Source of the DNA: Anaeromyxobacteraceae bacterium
Lineage (GTDB): Bacteria > Myxococcota > Myxococcia > Myxococcales > Anaeromyxobacteraceae
DNA: 64,000 nucleotides
NCBI GenBank assembly: GCA_032654565.1
Contig: JAULAX010000015.1
Coordinates: 512,001 to 576,000, forward strand
Reading direction: 5' to 3'
The notes under the pieces were generated by a model, which saw only the letters and a program-made list of their open reading frames with translations, was not told the origin of the DNA and did not search any database. Positions 18,275 through 28,198 of this stretch are shown here, in pieces. Every line of letters starts with the position of its first letter. Within the stretch, counting starts at the first letter, position 1. Position numbers and translations under genes: made by a program.

Positions 18275-19557
18275 TCGTAGCGTAGTGCCTCCACGGGGTC
18301 GAGGTTGGCGGCCCGCCAGGCCGGCCAGGAGCCGAAGAGCAGCCCGACCACCGCCGAGAAGCCGAGCCCGAGCGCCACCGCTCCGGGGGTCACGGCGGCC
18401 GCGAGCGGGGTGGTGAGCGCCAGGAGCGAGGCGACGCCGAAGCCCAGCGCCGTCCCCACCGCGCCGCCGAGCAGTGAGACGAGCGAGGACTCGACGAGGA
18501 ACTGCAGGAGGATGGTGCGGCGCCGGGCCCCGAGCGCACGCCGCAGCCCGATCTCCCGCGTCCGCTCGGTCACCGAGACCAGCATGATGTTCATGATGCC
18601 GATGCCGCCCACGAGCAGGGTGATGAGCCCAACCCCGACGGCCACGCCGTAGAGCGCCCCGGTGAGCTGCTCGTAGAGGCGTCGCATCTGCTCCTGGCGG
18701 TTCACCGAGAAGTCGTCCGGCTTGCCGGGCGGAACCCGCCGCACCCGCCGCAGGATGCTGACGAGCTGGTCCTCGAGCGCCTTGACCTTGTCCGGCTCGG
18801 CGCTGACCGCGAGCGAGATGGTCCGCTTGGCGCCCATGTCGCGGAGGAAGGTGGTCCAGGGGAGGGTCGCCTCGGAGTCGAGGTCCAGCCCCATGAGCCG
18901 GCCGCGCCGGGCCTGCACCCCGATGACCGTCAAGGGGCGGCCCAGCACGCGGAGCCGCCGGCCCACCACCTCCTCGGCCGGAACGCCGGGGAAGAGCTTG
19001 TCGGCCAGGTTGGGCCCGAGCACCAGGACGCTCCGGGAGAGCTCCACGTCGGGCGCCGAGAGGAACCGCCCGGCCGCCACGGCGACGCCGTTGGCGATCT
19101 GGTAGTCCTCGTTGGTGCCGCGCACCCGCACCCGGGTGAGCTCGGCCTGGTCGGAGGTCAGCGTGGCGTCGAGCGAGACGAAGGGGGCCACCGCGGTGGC
19201 CAGGGAGGCCTCCCGGCTCACCGCCTCGAACTCGGCGCGCCCCATGTCCTTGCGGTTGCGCATCTCCCACCAGTCGTTGCCGGACGAGATCCACTTCCAC
19301 TTGCTCACGTAGAGCGTGTTGGCGCCCAGCCCGCCGACCTGGGTGGCGAAGCTCTGGTTGAGGCCGTCGATGATGGCCACGATGGCGATGACCGTCATGA
19401 CTCCGATGACGATGCCCATGGTGGTGAGGAAGGAGCGGAGCGTGTTGCTCACCAGGGAGGAGAGGGCGATGCGCAGACCCTCGCCCGTCTCGGAGACGAG
19501 GCGGGTCAGGCCGAGGCGGGCCCGACCGAGGCGGGTCGGTGGCCCCCCTCCCCTCAC
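18271..19557 (-). CDS. ABC transporter permease (MacB/FtsX family), second paralogue
   Basis: [51 protein letters not shown] overlap with the ATPase stop. Confidence 0.94.
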   Translation of the reverse strand: MRGGGPPTRLGRARLGLTRLVSETGEGLRIALSSLVSNTLRSFLTTMGIVIGVMTVIAIVAIIDGLNQSFATQVGGLGANTLYVSKWKWISSGNDWWEMRNRKDMGRAEFEAVSREASLATAVAPFVSLDATLTSDQAELTRVRVRGTNEDYQIANGVAVAAGRFLSAPDVELSRSVLVLGPNLADKLFPGVPAEEVVGRRLRVLGRPLTVIGVQARRGRLMGLDLDSEATLPWTTFLRDMGAKRTISLAVSAEPDKVKALEDQLVSILRRVRRVPPGKPDDFSVNRQEQMRRLYEQLTGALYGVAVGVGLITLLVGGIGIMNIMLVSVTERTREIGLRRALGARRRTILLQFLVESSLVSLLGGAVGTALGFGVASLLALTTPLAAAVTPGAVALGLGFSAVVGLLFGSWPAWRAANLDPVEALRYE

Positions 19558-20282
19558 GTGCCCACCGCCCGGGCGGCCTGGAGCGCCGCCACCTCGGCCC
19601 CTGGGCCGTCGCCCAGGATGCGGCCGTCCATGAGCTTGATGGCCCGGGGGCACCGGGCCGCCAGCTTCGCCTCGTGGGTCACCAGGATGATGGTGTGGCC
19701 GCGGGTGTTCAGCTCGCCGAAGAGCCGGACGATCTCCTCGCCGGTCTGCGAGTCGAGGTTGCCGGTCGGCTCGTCGGCGAGGAGGATCGAGGGCTCACCC
19801 ACCAGGGCGCGGGCGATGGCCACGCGCTGGCGCTGACCGCCGGAGAGTTCGTTGGGCCGGTGGTGCATCCGGTTGGACAGCCCCACCGAGCGGAGCGCCG
19901 ACTCGGCCATCTCGCGCCGCTGCCGCCGCGGCAGGCCGCGGTAGACCAGCGGCAGCTCCACGTTGGCCAGCGCCGTGGCCCGCGGCAGGAGCTGGAAGGT
20001 CTGGAAGACGAAGCCGATCTCCTTGTTGCGCAGGTCGGCGAGCTTGTCGTCGGAGAGGGTCTCGACGTCGGCGCCGTTGAGCCGGTAGGTGCCGGAGGTG
20101 GCGGTGTCGAGGCAGCCGAGCAGGTTCATCAACGTCGACTTGCCCGAGCCCGACTGGCCGACGATGGCCACCCACTCCCCCTTCACGATGTCGAAGGAGA
20201 CGCCGTCGAGCGCCCGCACCAGCTCGCCGCCCACCTCGTAGTGGCGGGAAAGGCGGTCGATGGAGATGAGCGGCCCGCTCAT
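19554..20282 (-). CDS. ABC transporter ATP-binding protein (MacB/LolD type)
   Basis: [39 protein letters not shown]. Confidence 0.96.
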   Translation of the reverse strand: MSGPLISIDRLSRHYEVGGELVRALDGVSFDIVKGEWVAIVGQSGSGKSTLMNLLGCLDTATSGTYRLNGADVETLSDDKLADLRNKEIGFVFQTFQLLPRATALANVELPLVYRGLPRRQRREMAESALRSVGLSNRMHHRPNELSGGQRQRVAIARALVGEPSILLADEPTGNLDSQTGEEIVRLFGELNTRGHTIILVTHEAKLAARCPRAIKLMDGRILGDGPGAEVAALQAARAVGT

Positions 20283-21634
20283 GACCCCTTGGCCTTCCCC
20301 GCCTCGACCTTCTTGGCTGGCTCCTCCTCCTTCACCTTCTTGCCGTCGGCCAGCTCCTTGGAGAGCACCTTGTAGGGCCCTTCCACCACCTTCTCGCCAT
20401 CCTTCAACCCCGAGACGATCTCGATCTCGGTGTCCGAGGCCAGGCCGGTCTCCACCTGGCGCAGCCGGGCCACACCGTCCTGGACCACGAAGATCACCTT
20501 CTTGAGCAGCTCGCGCTTCACCTTCTTGCCGGGCACCTTCGGGGGCTGCGGCGCCACCAGGGCCTGGTCGCCTGCCGCCGGCTGGGCCAGCTCCTTCTCC
20601 GTCCGGACGGTCACCGCCGCGATGGGGACCACCACCGCGTTCTCCCGGGTGTCGGTGGAGACCGAGGCCTGGGCGCTCATCCCGGGCAGGGCGCCCGGCA
20701 CCACGTCGGTCAGCGCCATGCGCACGATGAAGGTGGTCACCTCCTGGTCGGTGCCGGCGTTCTTGACGGTGGCCTTGCGCGCCACCTCGACCACCTGGGC
20801 CTGGAACTTCCGGTCGGGGAAGGCGTCGATCTCGATGTCGGCGCGATCGCCCTCCTTCACGTAGACCACCTCGTGCTCGCCGATCTCCGCCTTCATCTCC
20901 ATCTTGGAGAGGGTGGCGATCACCATGATCACGTCCTCGGAGAAGTCGGAGCCTCGCACCCGCTCGCCCACCTGCTTGAGCCGCTGGGTGACGATTCCCT
21001 CGATGGGCGCCGTGATGGTGGTGAGCGAGAACTGGTGGCGAGCCTCGCGCAGCGCGGCGTCGGACTGGGCCAGCCGCTGCGCCGCCGAGGCGGCCTGGGC
21101 GCGGGCGCCGTCGTAGTCTGCGCGGGCCTTCTCGGCCTCGGCGGCGCTGGCGTTCTGGCCGGCCACCAGCCGCTCCACCCGGCCCAGCTCGGCCTTGAGC
21201 AGGGCGGCGCGGACGTTCTGCACGTCGACGTCGGCGGCCGCGCTGTTCCGGGCGGCCTCGGCCTGGTTGAGCTGGGCCCCGTAGCGGCGCGCGTCGATCT
21301 TCCCCAGCACCTGGCCGAGGGTGACCCGGTCACCCTCGCGGATGGCCAGCTCCACGAGATCACCGGTGATGTTGGAGGAGAGCTTCACCTCGGTGGCCGC
21401 CTGCAGCTTGCCGCCGCCGGTGACGATGCGGGTGATGGCCCCCTTGCGGGCGTTGACCGCCTGCACGGTGATGGGCGGCTCGGCCCGGGGCTTGAGGGAG
21501 GAGGCCACCACACCCACGATGGCCAGCACGAAGAGGCCGGCGACGATCCGCTTGGGCCAGCTCATGCGGACGGCGGAGGTGGCGGTGACGACGGCGGTGG
21601 CGGGTGGTTCGGGCGGCATGGTCTGGGCGTCCAT
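20279..21634 (-). CDS. Efflux periplasmic adaptor (MacA/HlyD family)
   Basis: N-terminal TM, lipoyl half-motifs ([23 protein letters not shown]), coiled hairpin, [14 protein letters not shown]. Confidence 0.92.
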   Translation of the reverse strand: MDAQTMPPEPPATAVVTATSAVRMSWPKRIVAGLFVLAIVGVVASSLKPRAEPPITVQAVNARKGAITRIVTGGGKLQAATEVKLSSNITGDLVELAIREGDRVTLGQVLGKIDARRYGAQLNQAEAARNSAAADVDVQNVRAALLKAELGRVERLVAGQNASAAEAEKARADYDGARAQAASAAQRLAQSDAALREARHQFSLTTITAPIEGIVTQRLKQVGERVRGSDFSEDVIMVIATLSKMEMKAEIGEHEVVYVKEGDRADIEIDAFPDRKFQAQVVEVARKATVKNAGTDQEVTTFIVRMALTDVVPGALPGMSAQASVSTDTRENAVVVPIAAVTVRTEKELAQPAAGDQALVAPQPPKVPGKKVKRELLKKVIFVVQDGVARLRQVETGLASDTEIEIVSGLKDGEKVVEGPYKVLSKELADGKKVKEEEPAKKVEAGKAKGS

Positions 21635-22990
21635 CTAGAGGGCTCCTCCCACGGCGCGCGCCAGGTCGGCGGTGGCGACAGCGTGGTCGATGCGGGCTTG
21701 CACGAGCGAGAGCTCGGCCTGGGTGAACTTCAAGGAGGCGTCGCGGACCTCGAGCTGCGAGGCCAACCCGGCCTCGAGCCTCTGCCGGGCCAGCGCCAGC
21801 GACTGCTCGGCGGCGCCGAGGTTGTCGGCGGAGAGGGTGACCTGGGTGGCCAGCGCCACCACCATCTGCCGGGCCGAGGTCACCTCGCGGGCCACCGCGT
21901 CGGAGATCTTGCCGGCGGTGGCGCGGACCTTCTCGGCGCCGGCCTCGGCGCGGGCCACGCCGGCCTCGGTGGAGCGGCCGGCGAAGAGGTTCCAGGCCAG
22001 CACCAGCCCGACGCTGGCGCTGTAGGCGCGGGCCGGGTTGGAGAAGACGCCGTCGGCGGTGGGGCTGTCGACGGCGGCGCCGCCGGAGCGCTGGTAGGCG
22101 GCCTGCAGGCCCAGCGTGGGCCAGTAGGCGAAGCGGGCGGCCGAGAGCGACGCCTCGGAGGCCTCGACCTGGGCGCTGGCCGCGGCCAGCGAGGGGCGGC
22201 GCTCGCGGGCGCGGGTCATCAGCGCCTCGAGCGGCGGGGGCTCGCCGGAGGGACGGCCCGGCCCCTCCACCGTCGACGGCGCCACCACCTCGACGGCGTC
22301 GTCGCCGGGCTGGCCGAGCGCCAGGGCCAGGTCGGCGCGCGCCTGCACCAGCCGGGTCCGCCCCTGCTCCACCTGGATCCGGTCGTTGCCGAGGTTGACC
22401 CGGGCGGCGTAGGTGTCGCTCTTCTGGGCGCGGCCGGCGGCGTAGAGGGCGTCGGCCCGCTCCGCCAGCTCGGCGCTCCGGGTGGCGGCCTTCTCCAGCA
22501 CCTGCAGCGAGCGCTCCGCCTTGAGGAGCTCGTAGAAGCGGCGGGTGACGTCGAAGGCGACGGTGAGACGCGACTCCTCCCAGGTGCGGGCGGCGGCGCG
22601 CTCGGCGGCCCGCGCCTGCGAGATGGTGCGCATGGCGGCCAGGTTGACCAGCGGCTGGGTGAGCTGGAGCCCGAACGAGTAGGCGGCCGAGTCGGTGGCG
22701 GGGCCGTTGGCGGGCAGGAGGGTGCTGCTGCTGGAGTCGAACCGCAGGGTCTTGCTCGGCCCGAAGAACTGGTGACCCGCCGTGCTGGTCAGGTCGAGCC
22801 GGGGCAGCACCCCCTGCCAGGCCGCCAGCCCGTCGGCGCCGGCCAGGCGGGCGTCGGCCCGGGCGATGCCGAGGTCGCGGCTCTGCCGGGCGGCCAGCGC
22901 CAGGGCCTCGTCGAGGGTGAGCGGCGCGGCCGCGGCCAAGAGCGGCGCGGCGAGGAGCAGGGCGAGCAGGGTTCGGGTCATGGGGATCAC
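21635..22990 (-). CDS. TolC-family outer membrane efflux protein
   Basis: Signal peptide, LTLDEALALA, two LP/WPTL repeats, GLASQLEVRDA. Start 22990 (GTG) or 22981 (ATG). Confidence 0.9.
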   Translation of the reverse strand: MIPMTRTLLALLLAAPLLAAAAPLTLDEALALAARQSRDLGIARADARLAGADGLAAWQGVLPRLDLTSTAGHQFFGPSKTLRFDSSSSTLLPANGPATDSAAYSFGLQLTQPLVNLAAMRTISQARAAERAAARTWEESRLTVAFDVTRRFYELLKAERSLQVLEKAATRSAELAERADALYAAGRAQKSDTYAARVNLGNDRIQVEQGRTRLVQARADLALALGQPGDDAVEVVAPSTVEGPGRPSGEPPPLEALMTRARERRPSLAAASAQVEASEASLSAARFAYWPTLGLQAAYQRSGGAAVDSPTADGVFSNPARAYSASVGLVLAWNLFAGRSTEAGVARAEAGAEKVRATAGKISDAVAREVTSARQMVVALATQVTLSADNLGAAEQSLALARQRLEAGLASQLEVRDASLKFTQAELSLVQARIDHAVATADLARAVGGAL

Positions 22991-23745
22991 TTGCCGGCCG
23001 GCTGGGCGCGGGCTTCGGCCTGCGCGGCGACCATGGCGGCGGCGGGGGCGACGCGGAGGAAGGCGACCTGGGCCAGCCAGAGCAGGCCGACCACGGTGGC
23101 GGCGCGGCGGATGGTGGCGCCGGAGAGGCGCGCCATCCCCAGCGTCAGCAGGACCAGCGACCAGGCGGCGAACAGGTCGATGGAGGAGAGGGCGGCCAGC
23201 AGCACCGGCGAGGCCTGGTCGGGCAGGAAGGCGGCCAGGCTGGAGGGCAGCAGGCGCCCCAGCGTCTCGGCGTCCACCGGCGCCCTCCAGACCAGGGCCG
23301 GCAGCATGAGCAGCGGCGCCAGCAGCACCGGGAGCAGGGCGTGGGCGGTCACCGCCACGGTCCCCTTGAGCGGTGGCGTGGTCCCGGCCACCTTGAAGGC
23401 CAGCCAGATGAAGAAGGCGGCCGCCAGCACCGAGAAGCCGGGTTCGAAGGTGGAGCCGGCGTAGACGGCGATGCTCCCCACCTTGCGGGCCTGCTCGATG
23501 GCCTCCTCGCGCTGGAACGGGGACATCTCGGCCTGGGCCGGTGCCAGGTCGAGCTTGCGCTCGGCGGCCCGGGCGAAGTCGAGCCGGGGGACGGCCACCA
23601 CCGCGACCAGGACCGAGGCGGCGGTGGCGATGAGGATGGCGACCAGGCTGCGCCGGCGGGCGACCACGAGATCGAGGCCGCGGCGGGGGGAGGTGAGGAC
23701 GGCTGCGGCGGTGGCGCCGTCTTCCTTCATATCGGTGCGGGACAT
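22987..23745 (-). CDS. Yip1-family membrane protein (YknW-like)
   Basis: About 5 TM segments, VLTSP, LSSIDLFAAWSLVLL. First gene of the exporter operon. Confidence 0.75.
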   Translation of the reverse strand: MSRTDMKEDGATAAAVLTSPRRGLDLVVARRRSLVAILIATAASVLVAVVAVPRLDFARAAERKLDLAPAQAEMSPFQREEAIEQARKVGSIAVYAGSTFEPGFSVLAAAFFIWLAFKVAGTTPPLKGTVAVTAHALLPVLLAPLLMLPALVWRAPVDAETLGRLLPSSLAAFLPDQASPVLLAALSSIDLFAAWSLVLLTLGMARLSGATIRRAATVVGLLWLAQVAFLRVAPAAAMVAAQAEARAQPAGK

Positions 23746-23763
23746 GGTGGGCTTGTGCCCCCT

Positions 23764-23790
23764 TACGAGGCGGGGCGGCGGGGTATTTCG
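23764..23790 (-). promoter_or_regulatory. Possible ECF-sigma promoter of the Yip1/TolC/ABC operon
   Basis: Minus strand CGAAAT-17 nt-CGTA, resembling the SigW-type TGAAAC-N16/17-CGTA. Lies 18 bp upstream of ATG 23745. Confidence 0.35.
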
Positions 23791-23881
23791 CTGCGCGACG
23801 CGGTGGGATCGCGGATTGTTCTGCTGGAAACCTAGAGAGGGCGCTCCGCCCTTCCTGTGACACCGGAGAAAACCCAGGAAT

Positions 23882-24721
23882 TCAAGGGGCCAACGGGGGG
23901 AGCCGGGCCAGCCTGGCCCGGTTGTCGAGCGCCGCGAAGACCGCCAGGCCGGTCAGCGGCCGGGACGAGGCCACCCGCTGCCGCTCCAGGAAGAGGGCCA
24001 GGGGCTCCTCCACCACCCGCTGCACGGTCGGCCAGGAGCTGGCGTGGCGCACCCAGCGCCGCCCCCCCTTCACCACCACCAGGCCGCCGTGGGTGACCCG
24101 GGTCAGCTGGTCGAGCCGCTCCTCGCGGACCACCCAGAGGACGGCGCCGTCGGGCAGCCGCGCCTCCAGGGCCAGCAGCGCCGCCGGCGGGATCACCTCG
24201 GCGCTGAAGCGTCCGAGCGGCAGCCGCGCCACGGGCACTCCGGCCAGCCGCCGCCCCCGCTTCGCCAGCCGGTCCCAGCGCTCGCGGTCGTAGCTGGTGG
24301 CCACCTCCACCGTCGCGGCGCCGGCCAGCTCGCGCGAGATGGGGCGGAGCCAGCCCTTCTCCACGTTGCGCGGGATCCACTGCGAGAGCACCTCGTGGTC
24401 GCGGTCGGCGATGCTGACCTCGCCGCCGTAGCGCAGGTCGTCGAGGGCGCGGCGCACCTCGTCGTCGCTCCGGCCGGCCCCCAGCGCCAGGGCGGTCTCG
24501 ATGAAGGTGACGCAGTCGAAGGCGTCGAGCCGGAAGCGGGGATCGGGGTCGGGGCCGCGCCCCTCGCCGAGCGGGCCGAGCTGGTAGCGGACGCCCACCA
24601 GCGGCGCCGAGGCGGCGGCGGCGCGCGCTCCGCCGGGGGGCGCCTCGCCGGCGGCGGCCAGCAGCGCGGCCAGCCGGTCCGGGGCGGCGGCGAGCAGCAG
24701 GGTGAGAGCCAGGGCCAGCAC
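23882..24721 (-). CDS. DUF1460 / N-acetylmuramoyl-L-alanine amidase-like (NlpC/P60 fold) protein
   Basis: YQLGPLGEG..DPDPRFRLDAFDCVTFIETALAL, VTHGG, VRHASS. Signal peptide. Confidence 0.85.
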   Translation of the reverse strand: MLALALTLLLAAAPDRLAALLAAAGEAPPGGARAAAASAPLVGVRYQLGPLGEGRGPDPDPRFRLDAFDCVTFIETALALGAGRSDDEVRRALDDLRYGGEVSIADRDHEVLSQWIPRNVEKGWLRPISRELAGAATVEVATSYDRERWDRLAKRGRRLAGVPVARLPLGRFSAEVIPPAALLALEARLPDGAVLWVVREERLDQLTRVTHGGLVVVKGGRRWVRHASSWPTVQRVVEEPLALFLERQRVASSRPLTGLAVFAALDNRARLARLPPLAP

Positions 24722-24816
24722 GCGGGGAGCATAGCCCGCTCCGCCGCTGGCCAGCGCCGCCGGCGCGTGACAGAAGGGGACGACGCGCCCGGCCGGGCGC
24801 GGGGCGGGAGGCGCGG

Positions 24817-25518
24817 ATGCGGCTGGCGGTGATCGGGGCCGGAGGGGTGGGCGGGCTGCTGGCCGGGCTGGCGGCGCGGGCCGGGCTGGAGGTGGCGCTG
24901 CTGGCGCGGGGCGAGGCGCTGGCCGCCGTCCGGGCCGACGGGCTGCGGGTGACCTCCGGGGGGGAGACGTTCACCGCGCGTCCTGCCGCGGTCTCCGACG
25001 ATCCGGCGGCGCTTGGACGATGTGATGCCGTGCTGGTGGCGGTGAAGAGCTGGCAGGTGGCGGCGCTGAACGGGGCCGGGGTGGTGGCCTCGGTGAGCGA
25101 GGCCATCGAGGTGGTGGCCTGGGAGAAGCTGCTGTTCGTGGCCCCCTTCGGCGCGGTGGGGGCGGTGAGCCGGGCGCCGGCCGGGGCGCTGCGGGAGACG
25201 CCGGAGACGCGGCGGCTGCTGGCCGGCCTGATCGCCGAGGGGGCGGCGGTGGCGCGGGCGCGGGGCGTGGCGCTCCACGGCGACGTGGTGGCGCGGACGC
25301 TGGCCCTGCTCGACGGGGTGGCCTGGGGGGCGACGGTCTCGATGCAGCGCGACCTCGCCGCCGGCCGCCCCTCGGAGCTGCAGGATCAGACCGGCGCGGT
25401 GGTGCGGCTCGGCGCCGAGGCGGGCGTTCCGGTGCCGCTCCACGAGGCGCTGCTGGCGGCGCTGCTGCCGCTGGAGCGGTCGGCCTGTGGCGTTGCGCCA
25501 CGCTTCCAGCGGACCTGA
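24817..25518 (+). pseudogene. panE: Ketopantoate reductase (PanE/ApbA) with a large in-frame internal deletion
   Basis: GAGGVGG, VAVKSWQ, WEKL and SMQRDL..GRPSEL present. The central QNG-containing segment is absent; only 233 aa. Confidence 0.75.
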
Positions 25519-25666
25519 GCTTCGACCTGGGCCCGGTCCCGTGGACAGTCGGCCCTTGCGGGGGTGGTCGGAGGGGTGAAGCGTGCTGCAAGGTGGGCAG
25601 TTTCGTGCGTTTCAATCGCGCAACGATTTTTGTCGATTTACATCTCCTTGAAATCACAGACATAAC

Positions 25667-25684
25667 TCCCGACCGAGGGTAATC
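25667..25684 (+). promoter_or_regulatory. Copy of recurring 18-bp motif in the AT-rich region upstream of the porin
   Basis: TCCCGACCGAGGGTAATC. Confidence 0.5.
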
Positions 25685-25836
25685 TGAAGAAGACATTTAA
25701 CGCGCCGCGGCTTGCGCAATTCCCGACATTCGGCGAACGATTTGCACACAGAAGCCCGCGAAGCCCCCCCGAAGCCCACCCACGCCGCTCCCCTTTTGCG
25801 GATGCCGGCGAGTCAGTTCAACGGAGGAACACAGAC

Positions 25837-27111
25837 GTGAACAACCTGCGCTCCCTGATGTCCGCCACGCTGCTCGCGCTCGCCGTCATGGCGCCCGCGG
25901 CCCGCGCCGCCGATGAGACCCCCAACCCCTGGAAGTTCGAGTTCCACGGCCTCATTTCCGCGTCGATGTACTACCAGGACCAGGCCTTCGCCAATGCACA
26001 GGGCCAGGGTCTGATGCTTGCGGCGCCTGCACCCACCAACGTGGCTGGTGGCAACTGCCTTCCGGCCGGCACCTGCGCCAACCCGAAGTCGGCCAGCATG
26101 ATGTCCGGCGACATCCGCAACAGCCGCTTCTCCTTCGCCATGTCGGGCCCGAAGGTCTTCGGCGACGCGCAGCCGCGCGCCTACCTCGAGTTCGACCTCT
26201 TCGGCCCGAACGGCAATGGCAACTTCGGCAGCGAGCAGAACATCCCGCGCATCCGCGCGGCCATCGCGGAGCTCAAGCTCGGCAACACCACCGTCCAGGT
26301 CGGCCAGCAGAACCAGCTGGTGGTCCAGCAGATCATCGGCTCGCTCGGCCACCTCTCCAACCCGGTCTCCTACGGCGCCGGCACCATCGCCTGGCGGACC
26401 CCCGGCGTCCGGGTGACGCACGCCATCCCGATGGAGGCCCTGAAGCTGACGCTGGCGATCGAGGCGGTCAAGAACAAGTGGGCCGAGTCGGCCACGGCCC
26501 TCACCGGCGGTGCCACCAACCCGGCCACCATCGGGCTCGGCGAGGCGTCGGGTATGCCGATGATCCAGGGCATGGCGCGCGTCGACGGCACCGGCGGCCC
26601 GGTCAAGTTCGTCGGCTACCTGGTCGGCGTCTACCACTCCGTCGACCTGAACGGCTTCGGTGACGGCCAGGCCCTCCCCGCCTATGCCGCCGGCAAGAAG
26701 AGCATCGACGGCAACGTGATCGAGGTGGGCGGCAACGTCACCTTCGCCCCGGTCAACCTCGCCTTCAACTGGTACACCGGCAAGTCCACCGGCAACATGC
26801 TCGGCGCCATCGCCCAGTTCGGCGACATCAAGGACACCGGCTACTGGGTCCAGCTGGCCGGCTACGCCACCAAGGAGCTGTCGCTCAGCGTCGCCTACGG
26901 CGCCAACACCCCCGACAAGGCCGACGTTCGCCGCACCGGCAACGCCCGCCTCGCCAACAACGTCGTCGGCGGCCTGCTCAAGTACCAGGACGGCAGCTAC
27001 GCCGTCGGCGTCGAGGGCTGGCAGACCACCACCACCTGGGCCACGACGGCCACCACCCAGCTGGACACCAAGGGCCTGCAGGTCATGGCCACCGTCAACT
27101 ACTCCTTCTAG
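25837..27111 (+). CDS. Outer membrane beta-barrel porin-like protein
   Basis: Signal peptide ending ARA, alternating amphipathic strands, C-terminal VNYSF. GGAGG RBS and strongly biased codons. Confidence 0.8.
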   Translation: MNNLRSLMSATLLALAVMAPAARAADETPNPWKFEFHGLISASMYYQDQAFANAQGQGLMLAAPAPTNVAGGNCLPAGTCANPKSASMMSGDIRNSRFSFAMSGPKVFGDAQPRAYLEFDLFGPNGNGNFGSEQNIPRIRAAIAELKLGNTTVQVGQQNQLVVQQIIGSLGHLSNPVSYGAGTIAWRTPGVRVTHAIPMEALKLTLAIEAVKNKWAESATALTGGATNPATIGLGEASGMPMIQGMARVDGTGGPVKFVGYLVGVYHSVDLNGFGDGQALPAYAAGKKSIDGNVIEVGGNVTFAPVNLAFNWYTGKSTGNMLGAIAQFGDIKDTGYWVQLAGYATKELSLSVAYGANTPDKADVRRTGNARLANNVVGGLLKYQDGSYAVGVEGWQTTTTWATTATTQLDTKGLQVMATVNYSF

Positions 27112-27129
27112 TCGGCGACCCGCTTCACG

Positions 27130-27164
27130 GAACCCCGGTCCCGCTCACGCGGGGCCGGGGTTTC
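27130..27164. terminator. Intrinsic terminator between the convergent porin and GMP reductase genes
   Basis: AACCCCGGTCCCGC-TCAC-GCGGGGCCGGGGTT followed by TCTCATTT. Confidence 0.8.
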
Positions 27165-27170
27165 TCATTT

Positions 27171-28178
27171 CTACAGCATGGCCTTGTGCGGCAGCGACTC
27201 GCGCCAGCCGCTCGGCGTGATCACCGTGTAGTTGAGCTTGCGCTGCAGCTCCTTCACGGTCTGGCTGCCGGCGTAGGTGAGGCCGGAGCGAAGTCCGCCC
27301 ACCAGGTCGCCGATGATCCGGTCCTCGTCCTCGCGCCAGGGGACGGTGGTGGAGATCCCCTCGGCGGTCTTCCACTCGGCGATGCCGCCGTGGTGGTCCT
27401 CGGCCACCTCGCGGCTGGCCATGCCACGAAAGGTCTTCGCCCAGCTGCCGTCGGGCTGCTGCACGCGCTCGCCCGGGGTGGGGCGGGTCCCGGCCAGCAT
27501 CCCGCCGATCATCACGAAGTCGGCGCCGAAGGCCAGCGCCTTGACCACGTCGCCGGCGTAGCGGATGCCGCCGTCGGCGACGATGGAGCGGTCGCAGCGG
27601 GCGCAGTCCTGGATGGCGGTGAGCTGGGGCACTCCGTGGCCGGTCTTGATGCGGGTGGTGCAGACGCTCCCCGGCCCGATGCCCACCTTGACGATGTCGG
27701 CCCCCACCGAGGCCAGGTAGTCGGCGCCGGCGTAGGTGGCCACGTTGCCGGCCATCAGGCAGGCGTTGGGGAGCAGCTCGCGCAGCCGCTTCAGGGTCTT
27801 GCCCATGTAGCGGGCGTGGCCGTGGGCCACGTCGACCACGAAGAAGTCGGCTCCGGCGTCGCGCAGCGCCTCGGCCCGCTGCAGCTCCTCCACCGAGGTG
27901 CCCACCGAGACGAAGGCCTTGGTGGTGCAGGCCTTGAACTCGGCGACGTTGCGGTCCACCGGCATGAAGCGGTGGAGCACGCCGATGCCCCCCTTGCCGC
28001 CGATGAAGTTGGCCATCGCCGACTCGGTGATGGTGTCCATGTTGGCGGTCATCAGCGGCAGCTGCAGCGTCAGCTTGCCGGTCCGGTCGGTGACCGAGGT
28101 GTCGACGTGCTGGCGCGACTCGTAGTGGTTGTAGGCCGGGACCAGCAGGACGTCGTCGAAGGTGAAGGCTTCGCGCAT
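27171..28178 (-). CDS. guaC: IMPDH/GMPR-family enzyme without CBS domains, most likely GMP reductase
   Basis: [49 protein letters not shown]. No Arg-Tyr flap dyad. Confidence 0.75.
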   Translation of the reverse strand: MREAFTFDDVLLVPAYNHYESRQHVDTSVTDRTGKLTLQLPLMTANMDTITESAMANFIGGKGGIGVLHRFMPVDRNVAEFKACTTKAFVSVGTSVEELQRAEALRDAGADFFVVDVAHGHARYMGKTLKRLRELLPNACLMAGNVATYAGADYLASVGADIVKVGIGPGSVCTTRIKTGHGVPQLTAIQDCARCDRSIVADGGIRYAGDVVKALAFGADFVMIGGMLAGTRPTPGERVQQPDGSWAKTFRGMASREVAEDHHGGIAEWKTAEGISTTVPWREDEDRIIGDLVGGLRSGLTYAGSQTVKELQRKLNYTVITPSGWRESLPHKAML

Positions 28179-28198
28179 GGGGGATTGGGCTCCGGGGG

